Assembly: GCA_030248215.1 (NCBI GenBank)
Contig: JASANG010003810.1
Span: 496,001-560,000 of the forward strand
Direction of reading: 5' to 3'
DNA from: Enoplolaimus lenunculus
Taxonomy: Eukaryota
DNA length: 64,000 bases
In this document: positions 51,320 through 64,000 of the stretch, one piece after another
How the letters are laid out: the number at the start of each line of letters is the position of its first letter
Numbering within the stretch: the stretch's first letter is position 1
Made by a program: the position numbers and the translations under genes
Notes under the pieces: model-generated
The model's input: only the letters and a program-made list of their open reading frames with translations
The model's database searches: none
Told to the model about the DNA's origin: nothing

Positions 51320-52086
51320 GTTTTTTGATCATGAAATATGTCTGTGTTGAATTTAACACAATACTGTGTTACGTGATTTTTGAAGCTTACCGTCAAATTG
51401 ATAACAGGTCTTGTATACCTTTGGACACCAGTGGATTTTTTAAACTTTGTAAGCTTGGGCCAATGTGTGAACGACACCGCCGTTAACAGTAGTAAAAGCA
51501 TACTCCTAAGCCTTTGGAAAATAGTCTCAAAAATTACCAATGGGATGGGCCGTAATGCTTCAAAATTGTTCAAGGAACCTGGTAAAATAGGTAAACACAT
51601 CTGGTACCCTACAGTTCAGTCTTTTTTTGGCAAATCTACTGTGGTTTTCAAATCAAAAATGGCTTTCTGGCAAAGACCAAACAAAGTTTTGCGTGTTGTC
51701 ATTGGTTGTCTTTTTGAATTGGTCAAAAATTAGTTTATGATTTGACCAGAAAAGCTACTGATTACCAGGAGTGTAGCTATGATTTTCGAACCGGAAGCAT
51801 TAGGTTCGACAATAATTTCGAAGGGAGCTTCCGCTATTACATAAACTGGTAATGTATACCCCATTGCAAAATAACAAGGGGGTTTGAACCCATAAATTCA
51901 TCCCTTCCCCTGGCTACAACAATATGGCTGATATGTGATGGATAGAAAGGAAAAGTTTCTAATGAGGCTGATTTTGCGTTTCAAGCTTAGCATTGGTTTA
52001 AGTTTGCTATTGTTTGGCAGTTTTTATCTAGAATCTGCTAGCTATGGCATTTCGCATTTACTGCTGATGCAGTATATATGTATATT

Positions 52087-52345
52087 CGACCCATGTCCAA
52101 TTGTGACCCATGGGTTGTCGATTAATGTCCCATTGTAACCCATTGCTAGTTGACCCCTGAGCCATTGTGAAGCATGGGTAGTCGACTCATGACCCATTCC
52201 GACCGATGGGTAGTCAACTATGACCCATTGTGACACATGGTTAGTGAACCTTTGATCCATTGTGACCCATAGGTGGGATCTATAAAACCAGTGTGACCCA
52301 TGGGTAGTCGACTCATGACCCATTGTTACCCATGAGTAGTCGACG
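52087..52345. repeat. Degenerate GACCCAT(GGGTAGTCGAC) array
   Basis: More than ten GACCCAT-like motifs; abuts a truncated family A MITE (~52355-52509). Confidence 0.7.
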
Positions 52346-52749
52346 TCAATCTTTATTCTTAAGCCTAAGCCTAAGCCTAAACGTAAGAATAAGCATATTC
52401 CTAAGCCTAAGCCTAAGCCTAACCAAGCAAAAAATAGTCTAAAGCCTAATAAGCTTACTCTGTTTTACTCTCATAGAAAAACGTTCCGCCCCTGATTTTT
52501 ACATGGGCCCCAGTTCCGCTTTACCCCTTTTCCCCGGGTAAGTCCAATTTATTGCCGATGTCAGTAAGCGGATACAATGGAACAAGATATCCGAGATAAA
52601 TGCCGTCGCAAAATTTTTGGAAACACTCGAAAAATGGGCGTCTTGTTTTCGATAATCTAAATCCGGTTGGTCAAAAAACTTTAACATGAGGCTCCTGAAA
52701 TGTCGTTGGCACGTCTGTTGTCCGGTGCCCGAGTACCCACAGGAGTCAT

Positions 52750-53101
52750 GGCCAATGTTACTTTAAGGGGCGTAGCAGTAGATTAAGTGTATTCCTAAAC
52801 GTAAGCCTAGCCTTAGCGTTGTAAAAATGAGATCCTAAGTCTAAACCTAAGCCTAAGCCTAATCCTAAGCCTAAGCCTATGCCTACACTGTACGAAACGA
52901 TTCAGTGAATCGAATTTGACTCTGGTGGAGTCGAATTTGATTCATTTTGTGTAGTCAGGAAAAGCCTATTTCCCAGACAGTCAATTTGACTCCCCATTTT
53001 TTACAGTGTAAGCCTACGTAAAAAATGTAATCTAGAATCTAAAAACGTACTCTTTTATAGACCCGCCAGGAACCTGGACGCCCCTTAAAGTAACATGGGT
53101 C
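52750..53101 (-). mobile_element. Family A MITE with a nested family B MITE (52886-53008)
   Basis: Outer TSD ggagtcat/agagtcat; the inner element duplicates the TA of a GCCTAA hexamer. Confidence 0.85.
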
Positions 53102-53472
53102 AGAGTCATTAATGAACTTCGCAGGTTAGCAATTAAATTTTGCGAAATTAGAAATTATTAAAGAACGCAAGACTCGAATGTTGGTTGTTTTCATAAACAC
53201 AATCGCACACACGAACATTTCATCATTATTTTAGTCGAGATCTGCACGTTAATAAGTCTCATTATTTTCGTGCAAACACTCATGTACACGCGCGTGTAAA
53301 CTATGATAATTCGTGCTAAATCAAAGCTTATGTTAAGCTTGAATCCGCTAGCAAGTCTCAAACAAAGCACGAAACGTATCGATGTAACCGCGTAGGCAGG
53401 AGGGTCTTTACCGCGAAGGCGCGGGGGGGGGGGGGTGTTTGAGATTTTTGTAAAAGATATGTTACATTCATT

Positions 53473-53745
53473 GGCTCATGTAAAGATCAGAGGCGGAACG
53501 TTTTTCTGTGGGACTGCAATGGAGTAAGCTTAAGCTTTAGACTAATTTTTTTGCATGGCTTAGGCTTAGGCTTAAGCATAGGATATGCTCGTTCTTACGC
53601 TTAGGATTAGGCTTAGGAATATGCTCATTCTTACGCTTAGGGTTAGGCTTACCTTTAGGAACATGCTCAATCTTACGCTTAGGCTTATATTAAGGCTTAG
53701 CAATATGCTTATAATACTGTTCCGCCCCTATTGTTTACATTGGCC
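53473..53745 (+). mobile_element. Family A TTAGGC MITE (three cassettes)
   Basis: TIRs present; TSD cattcatt/catacttt. Confidence 0.82.
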
Positions 53746-56052
53746 CATACTTTTTCAGCGTGCAAGCTGAGCGACCCCTGTCCCAAAAATTTAATAAAAC
53801 GTAACCATTCGTTTTCTGAAATCTATTTTACTAAAAATAAGAATAAAAATTAATTTTACAAATTAATTGCTTAAATTTTTTGGGTGCAGGCTCAGGAACC
53901 GCTTACCTCGTTTCCGTTGGGAAGCTAATAACTCATAGGAAGAGCATACAAAGTTTGTCCGGCGACCATACAAGCGAAGCTGAAATATTTCTAGGTGGGC
54001 AAAAATTTTCCTCAGGCTCTGAAGTTCCCTGGCTGGCTTCTGGCTACTGGTCGAGAAAAAGATCAACCTAGCCAGGTTGGAAACCACATGGTACAGAACA
54101 GGGTCGTGACAGTAGTATAATATTTCAAGCCGAAATCTAAGCGAATGCTTACGTGTAAGAATAAGCTTATACCTAGACGTAAGCAAAAAAAAATTGGTCT
54201 TAAGCTTAAGTTTACTCTATTGCAGTCCTGCAGAAAAAAACGTTCCGCCGCTGATCTTTACTTTTGCCAAACTTGACAAACAAAAATACAAACAACAAGG
54301 GTATAAGGGATTTTAGACGAAAGAATATCATATTCTTTCGTTCAAATGCGTGTCGTCTCTCAAGACATTATTAAAAGATCAGATATCTAAGTAGTTTCTA
54401 TACCTAGAGTCATATTGAAAATATACGCAATGAGAATATATGCGTTGAAAACTGAAAATACAACCGTGGCACAAAATAGCTCCGAACCAATCAAATTTTT
54501 TATCAGGTAGCAGACCCGTAGCCAGCTCACCTTGCTAGGGGTTAAAAAATTTTCACGAGAGGCATACAAAGGTTTACGTTGACTGTACAAGCAAGGTAGA
54601 AAATTTTCTATGGTGGGCATCATTTGCCCAAGGGTGGCTGATTTTCCCCTACTTCCCTACTTGGCTACGGATCAGTCATATAGATGCGCTGAATATACGA
54701 GTAGCTAATTCTATTTTAGGAACCATTATATGTGTGTCTTATTTCGGTGCCGACTAATACCGATCTAATATTTTCGGGTACATTTTTGTTATATCAAATC
54801 TACTAAAATTCGTTTTAGTACATAGACTCGACCCGTAGCCAGGGGTCACCTTGTTTTGAGACTAAACATTTTTCAGGAGGGGCATACAAGAGTTTTCGAT
54901 GACTTAAGGTTGAACATTTTTTAGGAGGCCAAAACTCTTACAGGAGAGCTGAGCCGTCCCGGCCCTCCGTTGGCTCCAAGCCCGATATTGAAGATATATA
55001 TATACATAACATATATATATATTCATTTCTCAATACATATGAACGAAAAATTTAGTCCTTCACGCTTCCCCCTGTGAAAAAGTTGTGACATCCCTGCGAG
55101 ACCAACTTGAAATATTTATTCTTCGGTGGAATACACGCCGGTCCCGTTGTTAATTTTTACCCCCCCCCCCTCGCACTGGTGAACTCTGTAACAGGCCTAT
55201 TTCGCCAGTTAATCTTTGTTTTCAACGAAATTTCGAACAAAATATTACTAATAACATCGTTTAAATATAGAACTATAAACTTATAAGCAGATTGGCAATC
55301 TTAATAATTTCAAAATTTGTGATAATTTTATGCTTTTGAAAATATGACAGAAACGCAAGCGAATCAAAATTAATCAGGTGAAAATTGATTTTTGCAAAAC
55401 AAATTCATTAAGTCAAACGTTTAAAACCTTCTTTAGACGTGCAAGTTTTGGTTTGCTGCGACAACTTGCAGGTGCAAATTGCACGCAGAACTTGCATTTT
55501 TTTCATCAACCAACGAGCAAACGGTTGCAACAAATTCAGTGAACTTGCATGGCTATCCACACATGTGAACAACGATTGTTGAAATTTTTGAAGCACCAAT
55601 CTGATCAGAGCCGTAGCTAGCTCACCTTGCTAGGGTAACTAATAAATTTTTCCGGAGCAGCATACAAGACTTTTCTATGGCTGACAAGCAAAGTTGAAAA
55701 TTTTCCAGGGGTGGAGCTGAGCCCCATGCCCTTCTCCACCTTGGCTGCGGGTCCCCGCGATGCTCAATAGGATTAAGTTTAGGAATATGCTTATAGATTT
55801 ATTAAAAGGCTTTAACGACCCTGGGCGGCGACAAGTTGTCGGGCGCGGTATTGTCATAGACTCTTTTCTATTCTTTGCTATTTCATCTTAAATCTAAGAG
55901 TCGTATTCTCAACTAAACGGTGTATAGCACCCATCGCCACTGTTGCCCATGTAAAGAACAGGGGCGGAACGTTTCTCTACGGTACTGCAATAGAGTAAGC
56001 TTAATCTTTAAACAAGCTAGGATATATCATCCGTGCTGTTTGTGCATCATTC

Positions 56053-56619
56053 ACAATAAAAAAATTTCATTTTGCCACCGAAAACTCTATTAGGTAGCGT
56101 TAACACGTGTCAATTTTCAAAATAGTCATGCGTAAACCATACCCTAACGCAAAAATTCCGTTAACCCCACCCTAACACATGTCAAAGCTCTATCCTATTA
56201 ATACGTGTCATAGAGCATTTCGTAACAAGCATTACGGTCGGGTTAACGCAATTCTTCCGCTATCGTATGATTATCGCATGACAATTTTGATACTTGACAC
56301 GTCTAACACCTTCTCACATTGAGTTGCCTATAGGCAACTTAGCGCAGTGTATATACGTTAAATAATATATATCGCACCGTGTTTAACAATTGCAACACGT
56401 ATACATAGTACTAAATCACCACAAGACGTGAGAGCCCCCTCGGGCTCGAGGGTCAAGCTCCTATAGCTGAGTGGTGATGGTATACGCCTCCCACTCCAGT
56501 CACTGGAGTTCGAATCCTAGCATAAAAGTAGGTCTCAGGGGAAATAGAAAATATTCATGTGAGAAAGGGTTAAGTCTACCTTATACTGTTTTCGGTGGCA
56601 AAATGAAATTTTTTATTGT
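56053..56619. mobile_element. TIR element (perfect ~33-bp TIR ACAATAAAAAAATTTCATTTTGCCACCGAAAAC) hosting a family E MITE
   Basis: Inverted repeats at 56053-56085 and 56588-56619, differing only in A-run length. Confidence 0.7.
56307..56569 (+). mobile_element. piggyBac-like MITE (family E) with intact A and B boxes
   Basis: CTAA/TTAA flanks; A-box TAGCTGAGTGG at 56464 and B-box GGAGTTCGAATCC at 56505. Confidence 0.85.
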
Positions 56620-57217
56620 CAAAGATTCATAGATACGTGAGAGCTCTCACGTATATATATTGCGGAAAAGTTTGCACTGTGCGTGTACCGCGTGTACTCT
56701 CACTCGACCAACATCTCATACCACCAACAAATTATTTTTTAAACACTGCGCATTGTGTATTATTTCATGAACATTATTCTTGCAGGGCCGGTGGATGACG
56801 TAAATAATTCTTGACATATAAACAAGGTATTGTGGTTTTTAGCAACAGCAAGTTCTTTCGTCAAAGGTACTCGAATTATATTCGAAATGCGTAGGGCCAG
56901 AGGAGCCACACGCCATATATCCCATTTGGAGGGCCTCACTGCTAAAAGGGCGCCCACCATCACCGGTTGAATCCAAAACCGCCAAAGTTTTAAAATGCGT
57001 CCGGTTTCTCGCTCGCTTCGCTTGCGAGTTTGGGTTCCCTCACTCTGGAGTTTGGGCGGAGTCCGTATCCAGTTCTGCTCGGACACTGAGAATGTGTGCT
57101 GAGTCTTTCTTATAATATTAAAAATGACCAGTTTAGCTATGTATTTAACGTTAAGAATTATAAGCTCGCCCTACAATTGACTGGCAGTCGTGTTGAGCTG
57201 GCTTAGTTAGGTGCCCT

Positions 57218-57860
57218 AAAACCCGACGCATATCCGACTGGACCGGTCCTGAATTTTCCAATGGTTCGATCCTGATGATTTCCAGTTTGTCCCGGTCAAA
57301 AACCCGACGCATATCCGACTGGACCGGTCTTGTATTTTCCAACGGTTCGATCCTGATCCTTTTCAGTTTGTCCCGGTCAAAAACCCGACGCATATCCGAC
57401 TGGACCGGTCCTGAATTTTCCAATGGTTCGATCCTGATCATTTCCAGTTTGTCCCGGTCCAAAACCCGACGCATATCCGACTGGACCGGTCCTGAATTTT
57501 CCAACGGTTCGATCCTGATTTTTCCAGTTCGGTCCGGTCCAAAAGCCGACGCATATCCGACTGGACCGGTCCTGAATTTTCCAATGGTTCGATCATGATC
57601 ATTTCCAGTTTGTCCCGGTCCAAAACCCGACGCATATCCGACTGGACCGGTCCTGAATTTTCCAACGGTTCGATCCGGAGTTTTCCAGTTCGGTCCGGTC
57701 CAAATCCCGACGCATATCCGACTGGACCGGTCCTGAATTTTCCAATGGTTCGATCATGATCATTTCCAGTTTGTCCCGGTCCAAAACCCGACGCATATCC
57801 GACTGGGCCGGTCCTGAATTTTCCAACGGTTCGATCCTAATTTTTTTCCAGTTCGGTCCA
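57218..57860. repeat. 80/81-bp minisatellite x8 with alternating A/B variants
   Basis: Unit AAAACCCGACGCATATCCGACTGGACCGGTCCTGAATTTTCCAA(T/C)GGTTCGATC... Confidence 0.93.
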
Positions 57861-58738
57861 ACTCAGTACCCGGCATCAAAACTGTAAAATTGCAATCGTT
57901 TAGTGACTTAAACGATTCATGAGAGGCGCTGGTCGACTTACAATGTGGACCAGTGGTCCATCACTGCAGGACTCGGCCGGTCCGCAATACAAGCGGTCCG
58001 GTCCGCGGTAGTGATGGCTGCGGCACTCGAGCCTTGCTTGAAATATCCACATTAATGCTTGTCATATAGAATTCCACCGGCGCCTTTTTGATTTTTGAGG
58101 TCTTCTGGCAGCAGTTTTTGAGGTTGATTTGTATTCATTGCGTTTAGTTTTGGCTCGAACTAAAGTTAGAATAGTTTTTCATATTTCGATGCGGTGGCTA
58201 AGATTAAATTTACTTCCGTGCCTAAGTTGTAATACAAACCCTGACGTAGTAGCAGAGGCTCAGGCAAGCGTCAACTGACCAACTGTCCTGTCTGGCGAAT
58301 ATTCGGTGGGCTGGTTGAAATTTAGGCTAGTAAAACTAAAATTGAAATGAAAATATTAGCTATGTGATTATTTCTCTAAATAGTCATTGATGAGCCATAG
58401 TTTATATATCAAAATGCCAGTGTCAGTTTTTAGTGCAACCCCAACATTGCGTGCAGGTTGGATTTCGTTACAAGAGAAATATAAGTTTTCAGCAATTTCT
58501 GACGGGGGGGGGGGTGAAGTGGATGCTGTGGCTATAAATATGAAACGCAATTTTTAGTGTGTGTGCTTGGCAGCGAAAAATTGTAAGGTAAGGACATTAT
58601 CATTTTTTCACAAAGCATATCTGACCGGGATAATTATAAGATAGAACCTTTTTAGGGGGTATGTTTGAAGCCTCCAAACGTGACTTTGTATGAAATATCT
58701 GAATTCTTTATGGGAAAATTGTTTTAAACCAATTTCTC

Positions 58739-58947
58739 GGCCTATATAAAGATCAGGGGCGGAGAGTTTTTATGTGGGACAGCAACTGAGTAACCTTAAA
58801 CTTTAGACTAATGTTTTTGCTTGGCTCCAAGACTTAGGCTTAGGCATAGGAATATCCTCATTCTTACGCGTAGATTTAGGCTTAGGCTTAGACTTAGGCT
58901 TAGGAATATGCTTATAATACTTCTCGCCTCTGTTCTTTACATAGGCC
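58739..58947 (+). mobile_element. Family A TTAGGC MITE
   Basis: Perfect 8-bp TSD AATTTCTC. Confidence 0.9.
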
Positions 58948-59187
58948 AATTTCTCGGTGGGGGGGATCCGATACCAAGTTTAAACCATGGACATTACATG
59001 ACACTTTTGATACGTTTCATAGTTGGTTTTTTAGTTGTTTTACGAGGCTTGGAACCCGGTGGAAGGGATCAGATCCCTGGATCTGCCTATAGATCCGTTC
59101 TGTTGTAGCATAGCAGACGAATATTTTGCTACGCGTTACGTTATGTAAAATCAACCTGTTTTACCGGTTGCTTAGCTATAAATTCTA

Positions 59188-59366
59188 CTAGTCCAATTTT
59201 GTGCAATGCGTAAAAGTGTTAGCAAATGCATAAAAATCTGTATGCAAATTTTCTAATTACAGAACCATGCCGTTGCCGTCTATATTGTATAAAACTACTG
59301 TAAACAAAGTATGCTGGAAACTTGCCCAAAATACGTATGTGAGGAACTTTTGCTTTAATACTTTGA
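59188..59366 (-). mobile_element. Mini-Helitron-like element
   Basis: Reverse homolog of 3711-3885 with hairpin and CTAG end. Confidence 0.6.
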
Positions 59367-59650
59367 TGAGAGTTGTTAAGAAAACAATGTATTGACATCA
59401 CGTGAACCGGCCACGGGTTAATAATGCATCGTTAAACAAACTGCTTGCTGGTTTTGATTCAATTTTAGTGAAACCTATCAAAGATTTGTCGGCTTTTGCT
59501 AGAGTTAAGGATCGCATGTGCTTTTATTCTTATAATTTTTATTTCAATTCTAAACAAATTATTCAGATGGAAATGGCTTCTTATGTACATTTGCAGTATC
59601 TTATATATTTATACATATATATGTTGCGAATTATAGCAAAATATTATGTA

Positions 59651-59903
59651 CACTGTAAATTTCAATGGGTTGATTTCAACTCAGACTGAGTTTAATCACT
59701 CAATCTGAGTTAGGACTATCAGAACTCATAATTGTGAGTTGATATGACTCATTCTGATTTAATCAATCAACTTTTCCGGACTCAAATCAACTCAGGGTGG
59801 GTCTAAATTTAACTCAGAGTGAGTTAAAGTTTGCTGTTATTAACTCACAAATAAACTAACTTTCCGTCTGAGTTGATTAATTAACTCTTTGACATTTACA
59901 GTG
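59651..59903. mobile_element. Family C MITE
   Basis: TA|CACTGTAAAT...ATTTACAGTG|TA. Confidence 0.8.
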
Positions 59904-60275
59904 TAAAGAAATGTATTTTTTCTGTTTGGTTGTATTTTAAACAAAATCTCAGCATAGTTCAGTTGAAATTTGTGCATTCATTCTAATAATTTGTTGAGTT
60001 TTTCGTTGGTACAACGCATTCTCACAGGGTCAATCTAATATTCTTACTCGTTTCGCTTACTGGCGAAAAATATTTCAACTAAGGGTTACGCTTTACTGAG
60101 CCTGATGCCGGCGAGCATAGCTCAACCCTTGAGTTCTTTCAAAATGAAATTCTGGTGACAACTGTGACACGAAGACTTGTTCACCTGCGTCAGTGAACTT
60201 TCAACTTTGTCCATTGCTTATGCTATCAGGGCCTGTCTGCCGGTTTATTTTAGTCCAACTTTTGGTCAATTCTAA

Positions 60276-60463
60276 GGGTGGCGCTATACTTGACGTGCGG
60301 CACCCTAAGGCACGTCAGGGCGCCGGACAACGCCGAAAGGCCAAAAAAAGCGTTTTTGTTTACAAATTTATATATGACATGCGGCAATACACATGCGTTG
60401 AGGTACAGTTCCGGCCGACGCTGGACGACGCCGTACGCCATTTAAATCGTTGAAGCGCCACCC
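60276..60463. mobile_element. PIF/Harbinger (Tourist-like) MITE
   Basis: TAA|GGGTGGCGCT...AGCGCCACCC|TAA. Confidence 0.75.
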
Positions 60464-62308
60464 TAAACTTTGGCACCATGCGGGATAGTTGTTGACAAAT
60501 GCCTAAACCAACTATAAACTCATACTGACCCAGTCTCAAGTGTTCATTTTATCTTGTACTGTCCGGCAATATCGGAATGGTTATACTGTCAAGGTTTGAT
60601 TTTTTTTTTCGCGTAGTCAGGTGGACACAATAGCGAAAAATGGCGCTTGTTTACGTCTCGCCCCACCTTCCCGTCCAAAATTATAATGTTAATTTGATGA
60701 AAGGTAAATCTCGTCCCACATAGGTTCATTTATTTTCCTAAGCCAAACCTATTAATTCTATGCCACAGACTAAACCTAAACCTGGTTTCTAAACATATTT
60801 GATTCGGTCATATTATGAGGGCACTTTGGGGGGGGGGGGGTGGGCGTAAATGATAACCTAAAAACGAATATACCACGCAATATATGGGAAGGGTTAATGA
60901 AAATAGACCCTTTTGTAGGCTTTAGAATTAGCCAGATTTTTTGGACAAATCAAACCATATTTCCTTTGTTGTTATCGCCGTTCAGAATAACGTTAAATGT
61001 TTAGGTTTATTGAAAAAGCAATAAATAAACTCGTATTTTCTTAACGCAGGCCAGTAGCCAGCTCATCTTGCTAGGGGGGTCGGCTAAAAATTTGTCAGGA
61101 CGAGCATCAAGGGTTTTCAATGACTTGCAAGCAAGGTTGAAAATTTTTTATAATTGAAATTAGAACACCCCACATACGTATTCTGGGCACTATTCAAGCA
61201 TATTTCGTATACATATGCAAATTAATATATACTAATAGTTTATAGTTCTAAATTGAAGACTGTGTGAATCTATATATTAAAGCTAGAACGCCCCACATAC
61301 GTATTTTGGGCAGCGTTCCACCAAAGTCACACCTGTGCAAATTAATGGAAGTTTACAAAGACAAAACTGTTTAAGTTTTCTTAGTAAACATTATTGGTTA
61401 GATGCTTTGTGTTTTGTTCTATTAGACATTGATAGGATATTTATATGTTGTCTTTAGCTATGATCAAGTTGCAAAGTGAATTTTCCACTACACAGTGGAA
61501 TCCCGGGTTCAGTCTTTCGTTTATTAGAAATGCATGCAGCACCGAACCAATGACCCGTATACATTAAAATGATGATTCGATTGTTTGAGTTGTCACTTGA
61601 GCTTCAAAGCTTAGACAAAACCTGCTTAAAAACAAATCCTGTTGAACATTGACCATAACTCAGTATATATAATAGGAAAGTTGCACATGTGTGTAACTGC
61701 GGATTACTAGTTTAGTTTATTTCTATAAGATTTTTAGTTGCGTTGTGAACATCCTGCAAGAAACATTGTTGCTTTAGTTGCAAATATTGCAACCAAGTTG
61801 ACTTGTTGTTATAATTATAGGAGATTCGGGAAACTCTGGATCTCGGCTTAAATGTCAGTCCTACGTTAGCATTGGTTCAGGATGGCCATAAAATGGTCTT
61901 AAATGCGTTAAAAACGTTTGCTAAGCTTGTTATTATGAGCCGTTGCTAGCGTGAATATTTTGTTAATTTCATCTGAGGTTTAATTGTCCAGCTGAAATTT
62001 TTACTCGGAATTTTCAATGGATTTGACGGGATCACAGGACGTCCAAGAAGAGATAATTGTTAAACGCTGCGCATTGTGTATTTGTTTCGCTTGCACTGCT
62101 TTAGCAGAATGGGGTTATCAGTGGCAAGGGCAGGTAGAAAATTGAAAGAAAATACTTTTATCCGGCTTCAGAGTAACGTTCTGGATCTTAGGGATCATAA
62201 AGTTGTCTTTTGGACGGTGCGTAATCCCTTCGACTCCATCGTACGCCACTGATGTTTACGTTTAATACCTTATACTTAAAAAAAGATAAACTCAGTAATG
62301 ATTTTGTC

Positions 62309-62499
62309 GGACCATGTATAGAACAGGGCCAGATCGTTTTCCGGCTGAACTGTAATAGGATCAGTTTAAGCTTTAGACTAACTTTTTTGCTTAGGTTTAT
62401 GCTTAGGCATAGGAATAGGCTCATCCTTACGCTTAGGCTTAGTCTTACGCTTAGGAGTATGCTTATACTACAGTTCCGGCGCTGTTCTATACATTGGCG
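62309..62499 (+). mobile_element. Family A TTAGGC MITE
   Basis: Perfect 8-bp TSD ATTTTGTC. Confidence 0.88.
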
Positions 62500-62926
62500 A
62501 TTTTGTCGATCACAGATTTCAGCCTCCATCGTCAGCTTCGTTAGGAAAATTTTCAACCTTGCTTGTAAGTCATTGAAAACTATTGTATGCGACTCGTGAA
62601 AAATATTTATTCAGCATAGCAAGGTGAGCTGGCTACAGGTTTGCGGTGTAAGTGATGTTTAGCCGTTTCCTTTGGCTTAAAATACCTTACGTCAAACGGT
62701 TCGACACAAGCGTTCTCTCAGAGTTGCGTGACTTGGTTTATATTTGCGAACTGAATTGCAATAATAATGTCTGCCTGTATTGCGTGATCGAACTGTAATA
62801 TTGCATTTCTGCTTTGTACAAAATTTTGCTTTCTTTAACCCCCCCCCACCCCGGTGATTTCAACAATCTTTCAGTGCAGAGTAACGTAATTTCAAACGTG
62901 CAGATTACAGTTGAAATGTAAACTTA

Positions 62927-63227
62927 GGCAACCGTATTCTCAAATGTGTATAGCACATATTACCAGTTGCTGATAGGTCTATAACTTTCGAATTAGGAAA
63001 TGGTGAAGGGGTCGGGGTCGACTAAAATGCAACGCTCGGTGGTACATTTTTTTGCCATACAAATTTCGGTAGTTGCACACTTTTGGTAGAGTGATCATCC
63101 ACGCTTGGTTATAGCAAATCATATGCGAAAAATGTGCTGTATAAGCCTCAGCATTACCTGGCTCGTCAGCTACAAGACTTATTATCAACTGGTGATAGGT
63201 GCTACACACATTTGAAAATATGGGCGC
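62927..63227. mobile_element. Family F MITE
   Basis: TIRs CCGTATTCTCAAATGTGTATAGCAC...GTGCTACACACATTTGAAAATATGG. Confidence 0.7.
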
Positions 63228-63729
63228 AAATCACAAATTTATGCACAATGTGTTTTATTTCAAAATCTATAAGCTTTTCAAACGGCGTTTTTGCAAGAAT
63301 TTATAGAGTCCCTAAACCCTAATTAGAGCTCATAAATGTCAATTTTCCCTAATTGTAGCGCATAAATGACTCCAGGACCAAATAAAGTTGAGTTCGAAAC
63401 TTTAAAGCATACTTAGTTTTGAAAGTACATTCCTAAGTATAACCTTGCATTTTCGCTCAAGCTATTGACACAAGACAAATAAACGTTTAATTCAACGGAT
63501 AGCTGCAATACCGGTTGTATACTAGTAACGAATGACGGCGGAGGGCGGGTTAAAAATAAATAACAGTCCGTAACCGAATAACAGGGGGTACCCTCTGGAG
63601 AGGCCAAATAAATATCAGCCCCCCTCTTATTCGGGTCCCTACAGTAATTAGGTTAAGCTTCTTTTTCGTGGTTTTCGAATGCTTCCCTAGAGAATTTCTT
63701 ATTATTACCCGTTCTCACATACAGTAGAC

Positions 63730-63926
63730 GGTCAATGTATAAAACAGGGCAGTAACAGTAATATAAGCATATGCCTAAGCTTTAACCCAAGCTTAAGCCT
63801 AAGTGTAAGAATGAGCTTATACCTAAACCTTAGCCTAATCCTGAGCAAAAAATAGTCGTATAACTAAAAACTTGCTCTATTGCAGTCGCGCAGAAAAACG
63901 GTCCGCTCCTGATCTTTACCAAATCC
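63730..63926 (-). mobile_element. Family A MITE (reverse orientation)
   Basis: TSD cagtagac/tagtagac; GCCTAA interior. Confidence 0.78.
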
Positions 63927-64000
63927 TAGTAGACTGTGAACAACTTGGACCCAAAAACTGTGCAAAATGTAGTCGGTAACAGTTACTATGCGCGCAGTGC

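Noticed and set aside
56457..56530. Functional tRNA gene
   Set aside because: A and B boxes are present, but there is no acceptor stem and the D and anticodon arms are distorted; the segment is part of a multicopy MITE.
59402..59689. ORF 'MNRPRV...' as the next CELF exon (expected MNRPIQVKPAD)
   Set aside because: It starts with GTG, has no AG acceptor, and similarity ends after three residues.

Overview
AT-rich eukaryotic (animal) genomic DNA, most likely a nematode. This is an inference from abundant TTAGGC telomere-type hexamers; the relaxed (T)nYAG acceptors would fit a basal, clade I-like species. Two spliced genes are supported. One is a complete 8-exon amidase-signature FAAH2-like gene on the minus strand (13113->8420, 521 aa). 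The other is a CELF/Bruno RRM gene of the CELF3-6/unc-75 class, of which two coding exons are visible on the plus strand (48158-48788, 50501-50583); the rest was not found in the window. Most of the remainder is short non-autonomous transposons and minisatellites. The main observation is a family of about 25 MITEs with GGCC-ended TIRs and 8-bp TSDs (Merlin-like) whose interior is a 6-bp-phased, expandable TTAGGC cassette, so the family disperses interstitial telomeric sequence. Also notable are a TTAA-flanked piggyBac-like MITE carrying a tRNA-Gly-like Pol III promoter, minisatellites built from hAT-MITE ends, mini-Helitrons, nested insertions, and a cluster of minus-strand splice donors at 4.4-6.9 kb. 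No transposase, CRISPR array or prokaryotic system is evident. All alignments and counts were made by eye.
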